From the IMG/VR virus record IMGVR_UViG_3300022562_001652, positions 1 to 64,000 of that record: a stretch of 64,000 nt of DNA; one strand, 5' to 3'. Numbering within the stretch: the first letter of the stretch is position 1; each line of letters starts with the position of its first letter. Positions 1-8,744 of the stretch are shown piece after piece. A model generated the notes under the pieces. That model saw only the letters and a program-made list of their open reading frames with translations, was not told the origin of the DNA and did no database searches. Both the position numbers and the translations under genes were made by a program. This DNA comes from a virus.

Positions 1-89
1 GGGCAAGGTGCCTACGCCACCTACAGGCACTATCAAGTGTCCGTGGCGCCTCAGTGCTCCGACTACCAGATAGAAGAGGGAGGAAAGAG

Positions 90-992
90 ATGGACATCAA
101 GTGCGTAGTCTGTGGTGAACCGTGGGACGCCTGGGGAGTGAACCACGGCGACATGTCGTTCTGGGAGGCGAATCTGTTCCGCGCCGGAGCTGGTTGTCCC
201 GGATGCAAGGGAGAGGTTCCCAAAGAAGGTCCCTTCGAGCCGAAGTCCCTTGAGGACATCGAGAACGGCGACGGCGATCCGATGGATCGTCTCCTGGCCT
301 ACGAGAACACGCTCGAAGGGCGTAAGCCGGAGTGGGTGGAACCTGCGCCGATCGTGCTCTGGAAATGCGACGGTTGCGGCGTCGAAGTGCACCGGGACCT
401 GGAAGCCTCCCCAGACGGTTCAATCGCCTACGACAAGGCTCCTCTTTTCTACGCCGTGCCCTCCGGATCGAAGGCCAACGACTGGTGGTCGTCTCACCCG
501 TTCTCCAGGGAGCCTGAGCCGGGACCCGAGCCTGACTTCAAGCTCGGAGAAGGAGACAAAGCCCACAGTCTCTGTGGCTTCTGCGCGGACAGCTGCGCCG
601 ACTGTGGCGCCGTGATCACAGACAAGCTCGAGCTGGACACCTACGACGAGGGATGCGCCTTCCCGGCGCCCGGCGACTGGCAGTCGCAGGTCTGTGTCGA
701 CTGCCTCGAGAAGTATTGCTCCACGTGCGAAAATCTTCAAGAGAGCTGCACCTGCGAAGAATACGAAGACGATCAGGTTCTGGCGTCGTTTCACACTGAC
801 CACCCTGAGCATGAAGACGCCCTCGTCGTGCACGAACACGGCCAGAGGTGGATCAGTTGTGGCCCCTGTGGAGCACAGTGGTCCGTCAACATGGCTTCGA
901 AGGACGGCATCGAATCCTACCCCGACTTCGAGCAGATCTCAGATGGGGATGGGTGGTGCCTCGAACACGCCGAAGCCACGGAGAATACGTGA
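90..992 (+). CDS. Hypothetical Cys-rich (multiple CxxC) early protein
   Basis: ORF 54..992; ATG at 90 follows GGGAGG RBS; many CxxC pairs (CVVC, CPGC, CDGC, CGFC, CADC, CVDC, CSTC, CGPC). Confidence 0.7.
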   Translation: MDIKCVVCGEPWDAWGVNHGDMSFWEANLFRAGAGCPGCKGEVPKEGPFEPKSLEDIENGDGDPMDRLLAYENTLEGRKPEWVEPAPIVLWKCDGCGVEVHRDLEASPDGSIAYDKAPLFYAVPSGSKANDWWSSHPFSREPEPGPEPDFKLGEGDKAHSLCGFCADSCADCGAVITDKLELDTYDEGCAFPAPGDWQSQVCVDCLEKYCSTCENLQESCTCEEYEDDQVLASFHTDHPEHEDALVVHEHGQRWISCGPCGAQWSVNMASKDGIESYPDFEQISDGDGWCLEHAEATENT

Positions 993-1489
993 TGAAAATC
1001 CTACTCAAGGCGTTCTCGAGCAACGATCACTGGAACGGCGAATACGATTTCGCCATCGTCGAGATCGATAGAAAACTAGTCGAGAAGATCGCGTCTCGCT
1101 TCAGACTTCTCTGTGAAACAGCGACGAAGGACCCTGAGGTCAGAGCTCTCGAATTCGAAAGTGGTCATGTCTCCTTCTACCGTGCCCCAGAAGAGGACGG
1201 TGGAATAGACGACAGGTTCTTGTCTGCTCTCGAGAAGGTTCTTAGTGGAAGCGCCAACTTCGTGGTGCTTCCCGACGACCTCGATCTCTCCTTCCTCTAT
1301 GAAGAGGCAGAGGAGACGCCAGACATGACGGAAGAATACAAGTTCTTGCGTGGCGTCAGCGACGTGGTGGTGTTCGACGCTTTCTTCATACACCGTGAAG
1401 AGTTTTGCTGGGTTGCCTATCTTGAGGAGACCGAGGTCTCTACTGCTTCGCTTTCGTTGCGAAGCAGCGGTCTCGACAAGCTCCTTTGA
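992..1489 (+). CDS. Hypothetical acidic phage protein
   Basis: ATG overlaps upstream stop (TGATG); GGAG RBS. Confidence 0.65.
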   Translation: MKILLKAFSSNDHWNGEYDFAIVEIDRKLVEKIASRFRLLCETATKDPEVRALEFESGHVSFYRAPEEDGGIDDRFLSALEKVLSGSANFVVLPDDLDLSFLYEEAEETPDMTEEYKFLRGVSDVVVFDAFFIHREEFCWVAYLEETEVSTASLSLRSSGLDKLL

Positions 1490-1503
1490 AAGGAGAACGT
1501 GTG

Positions 1504-2163
1504 ATGAAAAAGGAAGAGAGCATCTCTGATCTCCTATGGGATCTCGACGCATGTGAGCCGGCGCACACTTGGGTAACGATCCAAGAAAGAAGAGGGAACA
1601 AGCCGGGAAAGATATGGAAGTACTGCACTAAGGGAGAGTGGCTTCTTTGGCTGGCTTGTCGTCTTGGCTTCAACTACGAAGTAGCCATGATCGCCGTAGA
1701 AGTTGCCCGGCTATGCGTCAAACGGCACCGCGAATGCTGCAGATCCCGCGACGACTTGCGAACCAACGGCGTCTTTGCTCGCGTACTCTTTCTCACAGAG
1801 GCTCTGGTGTACACCCCCCAGTCTACTTTGGGAAAGTTTACGCAGTCTGATTTGGAAAGCCTCGTCGTCAAATACACCCACGGTGTGGGGGTCGATGATC
1901 CCACTGGAACAACGGCTGACTGCCTACTGGGTATGATCGGCAACGTCTTCTCTGCGCTGGAATGTGCAAGTTACAGGCAATTATACGCTGGGCACGCTAT
2001 CGAGGTTTCGCAAGAACTGCGTAGCTCCCTTACCTGGGCTCTCTTTTCGAGAAGGAACCGATCCTCTTCCACTCTGAAAGCACAGAGGGATCTCGCTGTC
2101 CTTGTCCGCAAGGTCCTCCCGTTCCAGGAAGTCCTGGCAGCGATGAAAGGTGAGTGCAGATGA
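1504..2163 (+). CDS. Hypothetical protein
   Basis: AAGGAG RBS; N-terminal LDACEPAHTW...WKYCTKGEWLLWL pattern of the kind seen in small phage proteins. Confidence 0.6.
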   Translation: MKKEESISDLLWDLDACEPAHTWVTIQERRGNKPGKIWKYCTKGEWLLWLACRLGFNYEVAMIAVEVARLCVKRHRECCRSRDDLRTNGVFARVLFLTEALVYTPQSTLGKFTQSDLESLVVKYTHGVGVDDPTGTTADCLLGMIGNVFSALECASYRQLYAGHAIEVSQELRSSLTWALFSRRNRSSSTLKAQRDLAVLVRKVLPFQEVLAAMKGECR

Positions 2164-2420
2164 ACCAGCTCACGAAAGCTGTCCTACCTATCCAGATAGG
2201 TAATAGGTGGGTCTTGATCACAGTCGACGAATACCGAGGACAGTGTCTCGTGCCCGACGTCGACGGGGGCAGGTATTACGTGAACGGCGTGGGGCCTCGT
2301 TCACAAGAGGCAGCTGCTGCGTACAGCGTGCGGCATGGTCGCTCTTTCGAAAGCAAGGCAGCGGCGCTGGTCGCCTTGTGTGGGCACAACCTACGCATGG
2401 AAGGTGACGGTGGAGAATGA
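2160..2420 (+). CDS. Hypothetical protein
   Basis: ATGA overlaps at both ends. Confidence 0.5.
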   Translation: MNQLTKAVLPIQIGNRWVLITVDEYRGQCLVPDVDGGRYYVNGVGPRSQEAAAAYSVRHGRSFESKAAALVALCGHNLRMEGDGGE

Positions 2421-3055
2421 AACAAGCTGAACTTGATGAAGTCGTGCAGCTTCACACTAAATGGGTTCGAGGTGAAGAAGGAGGGCGAAGAGCATATCTC
2501 CAGGGAGCAGATCTCCGGGGAGCATATCTCCAGGGAGCAGATCTCCGGGGAGCATATCTCCAGGGAGCAAATCTCCTGGGAGCATATCTCCAGGGAGCAG
2601 ATCTCCTGGGAGCAGATCTCCAAGGAGCAGATCTCCAGGGAGCAGATCTCCAAGGAGCATATCTCCGGGGAGCATACCTCCAGGGAGCAGATCTCCAGGG
2701 AGCATATCTCCAGGGAGCATACCTCCAGGGAGCATACCTCCAGGGAGCATATCTCCAGGGAGCAGATCTCCAGGGAGCAGATCTCCAGGGAGCACACCTC
2801 CAGGAAGCATACCTCCAGGGAGCATGCCTAAATTGGCAATCACACAATCTGATCTCTGAAATTCTGCGGCAATCGGCGGGCTCCGATGTAAGAAAGCGCA
2901 AGGTCGCAGGGTTGATCCTAGTATCCCGTGACTGGTGCTGGAAAGACTTTCTAGCCTTCGAAGACCCCGATCGTGAATGGGCTTTAGACGTACTTCGCGA
3001 GTACGTCCGAGAGGGCGACGATGCGCCCGTCGAATTGCGGAAGAGCAGCACGTAG
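2417..3055 (+). CDS. Pentapeptide repeat protein
   Basis: About 22 tandem A(Y/D)L(Q/R)G pentapeptides. Confidence 0.92.
   Translation: MKQAELDEVVQLHTKWVRGEEGGRRAYLQGADLRGAYLQGADLRGAYLQGANLLGAYLQGADLLGADLQGADLQGADLQGAYLRGAYLQGADLQGAYLQGAYLQGAYLQGAYLQGADLQGADLQGAHLQEAYLQGACLNWQSHNLISEILRQSAGSDVRKRKVAGLILVSRDWCWKDFLAFEDPDREWALDVLREYVREGDDAPVELRKSST
2492..2823 (+). repeat. 15-bp tandem coding repeat (GCA(T/G)ATCTCCAGGGA)n
   Basis: Directly visible; encodes the pentapeptide repeats. Confidence 0.95.
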
Positions 3056-3068
3056 GAGGAGACGACGA

Positions 3069-3992
3069 ATGAGCCAACCTAAGTGGAAAGTGATCGTGCG
3101 AACCGACGACTCTCTGCTCTGTGAAGACGAAACTGGACTCTACGATCCTGAGCTCGACATCTTCGAGGGAGTACCTGAGAGTGGAGAATCCGGGCGTCGC
3201 TACACGATCATCCTCGAGCGGTTCCACATGGAAGACGAGCCTTCCGAAGACGGAGATAAGACCATCTCGAAGTTCGTCGACGAGCACGGCCACGTTCCTT
3301 GGTTTGCTAGGGACCTCAAGAAAGTGGCCAACTCCTGCGGCCTGTTCCTGCAGGACCTTCGCAGCTTGTTGCTGTCTCCTCATTCTAGGGATCGAATGGC
3401 TGGGTACCTTCACCTCGTCAGCTACTTCGGATCCCATGAGTTCGATCATGATCCTGTCTCCATGTCCTACGACGAGTGGGAAACCTACTGCGACGAAGCG
3501 GAAGGAAAAGTGCCTCGTGGAACTCCGAAGTTCGAGATCAAGAAAGGGTACCGCACGCACACGATCTCCCAGTGCCGCGTTCGTTGCCCGTACAAGGGCG
3601 GGGAGTTATGGGCGAAGCCGGGCACCTTCATTCGCTTTGGCATGGGAGAAATAGGACGCGTGCTGGGACGTGTAGATGCACCCAGCGATGGTTGTCTTAG
3701 TAAGGTAGAAGGGGAGTTGGCCGTACTCGTGCTGTCGGACTCTCTCTCCTTCCTCAGCTATCGCTTCGTCGATCCAAAGGATGTCATCAGCCGGTTACAC
3801 CCGTCCATAGACCTGCTTCGCTGGTTCCTCCAGCCCGAGCTTCCTAGCCCCGACGTCGTTCTGCAGCTGGAGAAGTATGGGACGCTCTCAGATCACTACA
3901 TCAGCGATCCTAGGTGCGGGCCTGACGACCTGCGTGAAAGCGGCGTGGACAAGAGAGCCGAAGTCTTCGGGTGGAAGAAGAAAGAAGAATAG
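3069..3992 (+). CDS. Hypothetical protein
   Basis: AGGAGGAG RBS before ATG 3069; 307 aa ORF. Confidence 0.7.
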   Translation: MSQPKWKVIVRTDDSLLCEDETGLYDPELDIFEGVPESGESGRRYTIILERFHMEDEPSEDGDKTISKFVDEHGHVPWFARDLKKVANSCGLFLQDLRSLLLSPHSRDRMAGYLHLVSYFGSHEFDHDPVSMSYDEWETYCDEAEGKVPRGTPKFEIKKGYRTHTISQCRVRCPYKGGELWAKPGTFIRFGMGEIGRVLGRVDAPSDGCLSKVEGELAVLVLSDSLSFLSYRFVDPKDVISRLHPSIDLLRWFLQPELPSPDVVLQLEKYGTLSDHYISDPRCGPDDLRESGVDKRAEVFGWKKKEE

Positions 3993-4139
3993 GGGATAGA
4001 GATAACGTATGGCGAGTGTGGCGTCGACCATGAGGTTGGAGACCTGCAACAGGTATTGCAGATAGCCTGGTCGCTGATAACCACGATACAGCGCGCTAGA
4101 TTCAACCGTGAATACTGGGATCTCTCCGGAGAGGGGTGA
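3993..4139 (+). pseudogene. Start-less coding remnant (GIEITYGECGVDHEVGDLQQVLQIAWSL...)
   Basis: 48 open codons in frame right after the upstream TAG; protein-like; no suitable start at its 5' end. Confidence 0.35.
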
Positions 4140-4144
4140 GACTG

Positions 4145-4687
4145 ATGTTCGAGAAGAATGAATACCGAGGTATCGACTACGGCCTCGGACAGACCAACAA
4201 CGACCCGAAGACCGGGATCCGCTTCGGCGTGATCAGCGTCAACTCGCTCGAGAGCTTGATGGATGCCCTCGAGCCTGTCTATCTCAGAGGCTGCCCTGAG
4301 TGCGGCGAAGAACTGGCGATCGCTGAAGACGGGTCGCAAGGAGACGACATCACGCCTGTGCTTTTCTGGCGCTGTGATGGATGCGCTCAGGTTTTCCCTT
4401 TCAGGGAAGACGACGACTTTCTGCCGGACGAACCGGCGTATTTCGAGTACGAAGAAGGGGGGTACAAAATCTCGTCCGAAGACGGCGGAGAAGCAGTGAT
4501 CTTGAAGTCGCCGTACTTCACGCACGCACAGTTCTGTTCGCCGTGTTTTCCCGGAGCGGGGAACCTGAACAACCCTTGCGACTCAGGCCCTGAAACCTAC
4601 TGCCTCGGCCACGACTGGTTCGAGGACGAGAGAGCTCCATACCCCGTCTTCAGCGTGGAGACGGGGCGGGAGATCGTAGCCCAATGA
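4145..4687 (+). CDS. Hypothetical Zn-ribbon protein
   Basis: CPEC...CDGC and CSPCFPGAGNL...YCLGHDWF motifs; RBS upstream. Confidence 0.7.
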   Translation: MFEKNEYRGIDYGLGQTNNDPKTGIRFGVISVNSLESLMDALEPVYLRGCPECGEELAIAEDGSQGDDITPVLFWRCDGCAQVFPFREDDDFLPDEPAYFEYEEGGYKISSEDGGEAVILKSPYFTHAQFCSPCFPGAGNLNNPCDSGPETYCLGHDWFEDERAPYPVFSVETGREIVAQ

Positions 4688-4989
4688 CTAAGAGGTTCAC
4701 GAAGTCTGAGATGGAAGAGACGGTGTCGACACCCCCAGGGGTCACCGAGAAGATCAACACATGGTTGGCTCGTGGTGACGGTGTTGCCGTCTACGAGAAC
4801 ATGGCCATGGACAGCACCACCTTCGGTGCCAGGGTCTTCCTCTCTTTTGGTTCTCTTGAGGCTCAGCTGGATGTTGAGCATCCGCCGGATCGAATGCCCG
4901 ATATCCCCGAACCCTTCGGGTGGAAGTACTGCCTCCAAGGGACGTACCGAGGGGAGGCTCTGGGTTTCCCTCTAGGAGAAAAGGAATAA
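4684..4989 (+). CDS. Hypothetical protein
   Basis: ATGA-coupled ORF, 101 aa. Confidence 0.65.
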   Translation: MTKRFTKSEMEETVSTPPGVTEKINTWLARGDGVAVYENMAMDSTTFGARVFLSFGSLEAQLDVEHPPDRMPDIPEPFGWKYCLQGTYRGEALGFPLGEKE

Positions 4990-4991
4990 GG

Positions 4992-5372
4992 ATGTCTAAG
5001 ACCATCAGCTACTCGACTCAGACAAAAATCGAGTTCAAGGTTCAGCAGTCCGCATCCCAACCAAAGCGGATAATGGTAGCAGGCTTCGATAGTAAGTTCT
5101 TCTTCTTGACGGCGAAAGACGCCCGCCAGATCGCCGCCGCCCTCGTTTCCATGGCTAATACTCTCGAAAAGGACCTGGATATCCGGGAAGAGGCAAAAGG
5201 CGCGGTTGTTTGCTCGAAGTGCGGAGGAGAGGACGTCCACATCGCTTGTTGGGTGAACCTCAGCACTCTAGAGATTCTGGAAAACTTCGGCTCTTGGGGC
5301 GAGACGGATACGAAATGGTGCGTCTCGTGCCAAGAGCATGTTTCTTTGACTGAGAAAAAGGCCACTAAGTGA
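4992..5372 (+). CDS. Hypothetical protein with C-terminal Zn ribbon
   Basis: CSKC...WCVSC; AAGGA RBS. Confidence 0.6.
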   Translation: MSKTISYSTQTKIEFKVQQSASQPKRIMVAGFDSKFFFLTAKDARQIAAALVSMANTLEKDLDIREEAKGAVVCSKCGGEDVHIACWVNLSTLEILENFGSWGETDTKWCVSCQEHVSLTEKKATK

Positions 5373-5563
5373 AGCGCGAGGACTTCGTCCGCATGACGGC
5401 TAACCTCGGTGTCTACGCCGATTGTCCTATTTGCGGCTATTCATGGCCTGGTTGTCGTGGCATGTGCGTTGCTCATCGCGCGATGAACGAGGCCCCTGGT
5501 CCCTACCACGACGATTTCAACGACGACTGCCTCGACTGCGAGGAAGAGAGGAAAGAACCATGA
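5369..5563 (+). CDS. Small Cys-rich hypothetical protein
   Basis: GTGA/ATGA coupling; CPIC and CLDC. Confidence 0.5.
   Translation: MKREDFVRMTANLGVYADCPICGYSWPGCRGMCVAHRAMNEAPGPYHDDFNDDCLDCEEERKEP
5516..5545 (+). repeat. 30-bp direct repeat, copy 1 (TTCAACGACGACTGCCTCGACTGCGAGGAA)
   Basis: Identical to 6028..6057; similarity continues through the next RBS and ATG. Confidence 0.95.
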
Positions 5564-5988
5564 GCGAAGTCACCGTGCCCGAGCTGGACCTGGACAAGCG
5601 GATGCTCGACGAGTTCGGAGAGAAGCTCTCTTCAGAACAGAAACTGGAGCGTAAGATCGTCGCCAACCTCATCCATCACATGGCCGCGAGGAATTTCACG
5701 CTTACAGAGATCGATAATGGGACAGAGGAGGGAGACGTAGTCTTGAAAGGCGAAACACTCGAAGACCGCGTGAAGGAGGCGATGGAACTGGTGTTCGACG
5801 TGAGCGACAGTTTTCTGCACTTTGACGACGCCAACGCACATTGGGCGGGTTGGATTCGCCTGATCCCGGGTACTGGGATCGACATCGTCTGTGACTGGAC
5901 CATAGACAACTCGTGGTTTGACGAGCGCGTCACTGCTTTCGCAGACGGGGTCGATCGTCTTCACGCAGGAACCGACACGTCAGGTTGA
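5560..5988 (+). CDS. Hypothetical protein
   Basis: ATG 5560 with GAGG RBS; lies between the two 30-bp repeats. Confidence 0.7.
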   Translation: MSEVTVPELDLDKRMLDEFGEKLSSEQKLERKIVANLIHHMAARNFTLTEIDNGTEEGDVVLKGETLEDRVKEAMELVFDVSDSFLHFDDANAHWAGWIRLIPGTGIDIVCDWTIDNSWFDERVTAFADGVDRLHAGTDTSG

Positions 5989-6027
5989 CTGAAGGCCGCC
6001 AGGAGGATCTTCTTTTCAGGAGCTCGC

Positions 6028-6057
6028 TTCAACGACGACTGCCTCGACTGCGAGGAA
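6028..6057 (+). repeat. 30-bp direct repeat, copy 2
   Basis: Identical to 5516..5545. Confidence 0.95.
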
Positions 6058-6070
6058 AAAAGAAAGAGCC

Positions 6071-6136
6071 ATGACAGTCAAGCAGCTGATCGAGAAGCTG
6101 GAAAAATTCGATCCGGACATGCTAGTGGTCTGGTGA
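6071..6136 (+). pseudogene. Truncated gene start MTVKQLIEKLEKFDPDMLVVW*
   Basis: Common phage N-terminal pattern MTVxxLIExLxxFDPD cut after 21 codons; stop overlaps GTG of the next gene. Confidence 0.5.
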
Positions 6137-6684
6137 TCGCCGCGCTCTACGTCCAACGAGAATCCGTCTACTCCGACCTACCGGACGTAGACTTGTGGGG
6201 TATAGAGCGCGACGCTCGCCTGTACCCAGGACCATGGCCCGTCGTGGCCCATCCGCCGTGTCAAAGGTGGGGTCGCTATTGGTCGGGTGGCCCGAAAGCG
6301 CGCCAGCGTCGTCGATTAGGCGACGACGGCGGGTGCTTCGTCTCCGGACTCGTGTCCGTGCGGAGATTCGGTGGGGTCTTAGAGCATCCGCACGCCAGCT
6401 ACGCGTGGCGAGAGCACGGGCTGCTTCCACCACGCTTTGGTGGTGGTTGGTCCGAAGCTGGGGACGGTGTCGGCTGGACCTGCTGCGTGGAACAAGGACA
6501 CTACGGTTATTGGTCGCGCAAGGCGACGTGGCTCTACGCAGCGCACGTCGAACTACCAGAGCTCGAGTGGGGCCCGTCCGTGGCCTTCGAGCGTGGCGTG
6601 CACGAGCTCAGTCGGCGACAGCGTTCGTCCACGCCGAAGATGTTTCGCGACGTGCTCGTGAACATGGCGCGCTCGTCGCTCTGA
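6133..6684 (+). CDS. DNA cytosine methyltransferase-like protein (short phage type)
   Basis: AHPPCQ (catalytic PC, motif IV), VLEHP (motif VI-like), KATWLY; FxGxG motif I not evident. Confidence 0.6.
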   Translation: MIAALYVQRESVYSDLPDVDLWGIERDARLYPGPWPVVAHPPCQRWGRYWSGGPKARQRRRLGDDGGCFVSGLVSVRRFGGVLEHPHASYAWREHGLLPPRFGGGWSEAGDGVGWTCCVEQGHYGYWSRKATWLYAAHVELPELEWGPSVAFERGVHELSRRQRSSTPKMFRDVLVNMARSSL

Positions 6685-6697
6685 AAGAGGGAGGAAA

Positions 6698-7033
6698 ATG
6701 AACCCAGGAGATCGTGTCCGCATCGCTCGCGGACTTGGCGTAACGGAACGCAAGTTTCTTTTCCACGTCGGTGAGATTATCTCACTGTTCAGCGGATTTG
6801 CTGTGGTGCACGTCGACTTCGAGCCTGAGGACGTGCTCTTCTATCCCGAGACGCTCGAACCCACGGAGCTGGAACAGCTGGAAAAGGATCCGACCGGAAC
6901 GTGCGTTCTGTGTGGCGGTGTATCGTACGCATTTCGCACGCCTCGCATGCACGGCTATTTCGACTCCTGCTTTCAGTGTGCGCCTGAAGCAGCGAAAGAC
7001 GCAGAAAAGGAAGAGAGGGAAGACGATGAGTAG
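6698..7033 (+). CDS. Hypothetical protein (KOW/SH3-like N-terminus plus Zn finger)
   Basis: MNPGDRVRI start, CVLC...CFQC; GGAGG RBS. Confidence 0.6.
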   Translation: MNPGDRVRIARGLGVTERKFLFHVGEIISLFSGFAVVHVDFEPEDVLFYPETLEPTELEQLEKDPTGTCVLCGGVSYAFRTPRMHGYFDSCFQCAPEAAKDAEKEEREDDE

Positions 7034-8501
7034 AGATATCGCATGGTCCGACGAACAGGAGGCCATCTTCTCCTGGTTCGAGGACGAGGGCGGAAACCTG
7101 GTCGTCCGAGCTCGTGCCGGAACTGGGAAGACGACGACCATTTTAGAGGGCGTGAAGCGAGCTCCTGAAAAGAAGATCCTCCTGGCGGCCTTCAACAAGA
7201 CGATCGCCACGGAGCTGCAGCGGCGCGTATCCAGCGCAGCTGTGGAAGCCAAGACGCTCCACGGTCTTGGCTTCTCCTTCCTGCGCAAGAACTGGACGAA
7301 CGTGCGCCTGGACGAGAAGGGGAACAGGGCGATGGACCTGGCCAAGAAGGCAGCTCCTGATGCTCCGGATCCGATCGCCAGGATCGTGGCGAAGCTTCAC
7401 TCCAAGGCTCGGGAAGTGTCGCCATTCGCCTCCGTCTCCGATCTGGCGGACATCGGGGCTCGGTTCGACATCATGCCCGATAAGGAGTGGGAGCCGTCAG
7501 GCTGGGGCATGGATCACGTCTGCGAGGTGGCGAAGCGCGCCATGGATCTCGCGAAGGAGAGGACGGTGCTGATCGACTTCGCCGACATGATCTACCTGCC
7601 GCTCGTGCACCACATGCTGAAGCCCTGGTACGGCCTCGTGGTGATCGACGAGGCGCAGGACATGACCAACGCCCAGCTCATGATCGCCATGGGCGCGTGC
7701 AAGAAGAAGGGGAGGATCGCGGTCGTGGGCGACGATCGTCAGGCTATCTACGGCTTTCGCGGCGCCGACTCCGGTAGCTTGGACCGCCTGAAGAAGGAGC
7801 TCTCCGCAGAGGAGCTCGGCCTGAAGACGACGTATCGGTGCCCGAAGACCGTCGTGGCGCTGGCAGCGACGATCGTGCCCGACTTCCGCGCCGCCGCCTC
7901 GGCTCCCGAAGGGAAGATCAGCGTCTTGAAAGAAGACAAGTTGGTGGAGAACTCCAAGGAGGGAGACTTCATCCTGTCGCGAACGAACGCGCCGCTGGTG
8001 CGTCATTGCCTGGCTCTGTTGAGAGCTGGTCGCCGCGCAAAGATCAAGGGGAGGGACATCGGGAAAGGGATCATCGCCCTCATCAACAAGCAGAAGGCGG
8101 ACTCGGTGCCCGACCTGGTCGGCTCCGTGGCTGAGTGGTCTGAGCGCGAGAGGCAGACCGCCATGCGTCTGGAGGAGAAGGCGCAGAAGACGAGGCTCGA
8201 GTTCCTCGACGACCAGGAGGAGCTCATCAAGAGCCTGTCGGAGGGAGCAGCGACGGTAGCAGAGGTCAAGGCGAGAGCCGACGCCCTATTCGCGGACGAC
8301 GCGGAGCGCGGCAACGTGATGCTCTCCACCGTCCATAAAGCAAAGGGGCTCGAAGCCGATCGCGTCTTCTTGCTCGAAGAAACGTTCAAGCGATCCAAGA
8401 ATCGGCCAGACGTCATGGCCGGCGGCGAAGAAGCCAACATCCGGTACGTAGCCATCACCAGGGCCAAGAAGGAACTTTTCCTCGTAGGAGGGTCAGAGTG
8501 A
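7026..8501 (+). CDS. UvrD/Rep-like superfamily 1 helicase
   Basis: ARAGTGKTT, AFN, IDEAQD, VGDDRQAIYGFRGA, TYRCP, STVHKAKGLE, YVAITRAK. Confidence 0.95.
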   Translation: MSRDIAWSDEQEAIFSWFEDEGGNLVVRARAGTGKTTTILEGVKRAPEKKILLAAFNKTIATELQRRVSSAAVEAKTLHGLGFSFLRKNWTNVRLDEKGNRAMDLAKKAAPDAPDPIARIVAKLHSKAREVSPFASVSDLADIGARFDIMPDKEWEPSGWGMDHVCEVAKRAMDLAKERTVLIDFADMIYLPLVHHMLKPWYGLVVIDEAQDMTNAQLMIAMGACKKKGRIAVVGDDRQAIYGFRGADSGSLDRLKKELSAEELGLKTTYRCPKTVVALAATIVPDFRAAASAPEGKISVLKEDKLVENSKEGDFILSRTNAPLVRHCLALLRAGRRAKIKGRDIGKGIIALINKQKADSVPDLVGSVAEWSERERQTAMRLEEKAQKTRLEFLDDQEELIKSLSEGAATVAEVKARADALFADDAERGNVMLSTVHKAKGLEADRVFLLEETFKRSKNRPDVMAGGEEANIRYVAITRAKKELFLVGGSE

Positions 8502-8739
8502 TGAAACAAGCCGAACTTGATGAAATTGTGCAATGTCATGCCAAATGGCTTCGGGGTGAAGAAGGAGGGCAAAGAGCAAACCTCTGGAAAGCAGATCTCC
8601 AGGGAGCAAACCTCTGGGGAGCAAACCTCCGGGGGAGAGCGACGAAGAGTTCGCGAAGTGGTGCGAGTCCTATAAACCATGCAAACGCTGTGGTCACCAA
8701 TTCTGGGGCCCTACCTGTTCCTGTGAGGAAGTGAGGTAA
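8498..8739 (+). pseudogene. Chimeric remnant: truncated pentapeptide-repeat paralog joined out of frame to a Cys-rich C-terminus
   Basis: First ~45 codons paralogous to 2417..3055; the -1 frame after GGGGG (8631-8635) reads ESDEEFAKWCESYKPCKRCGHQFWGPTCSCEEVR*. Confidence 0.6.
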
Positions 8740-8744
8740 TAGAG

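Noticed and set aside
2276-3560. Alternative-frame and antisense ORFs over the pentapeptide repeat (CSLEI, ISREQ, APWR, LPGD repeats)
   Set aside because: Shadows of a stop-free 15-bp repeat.
2417-8640. Pentapeptide gene and its partial copy as a diversity-generating retroelement TR/VR pair
   Set aside because: Differences are not restricted to adenines, and no reverse transcriptase is present in the window.
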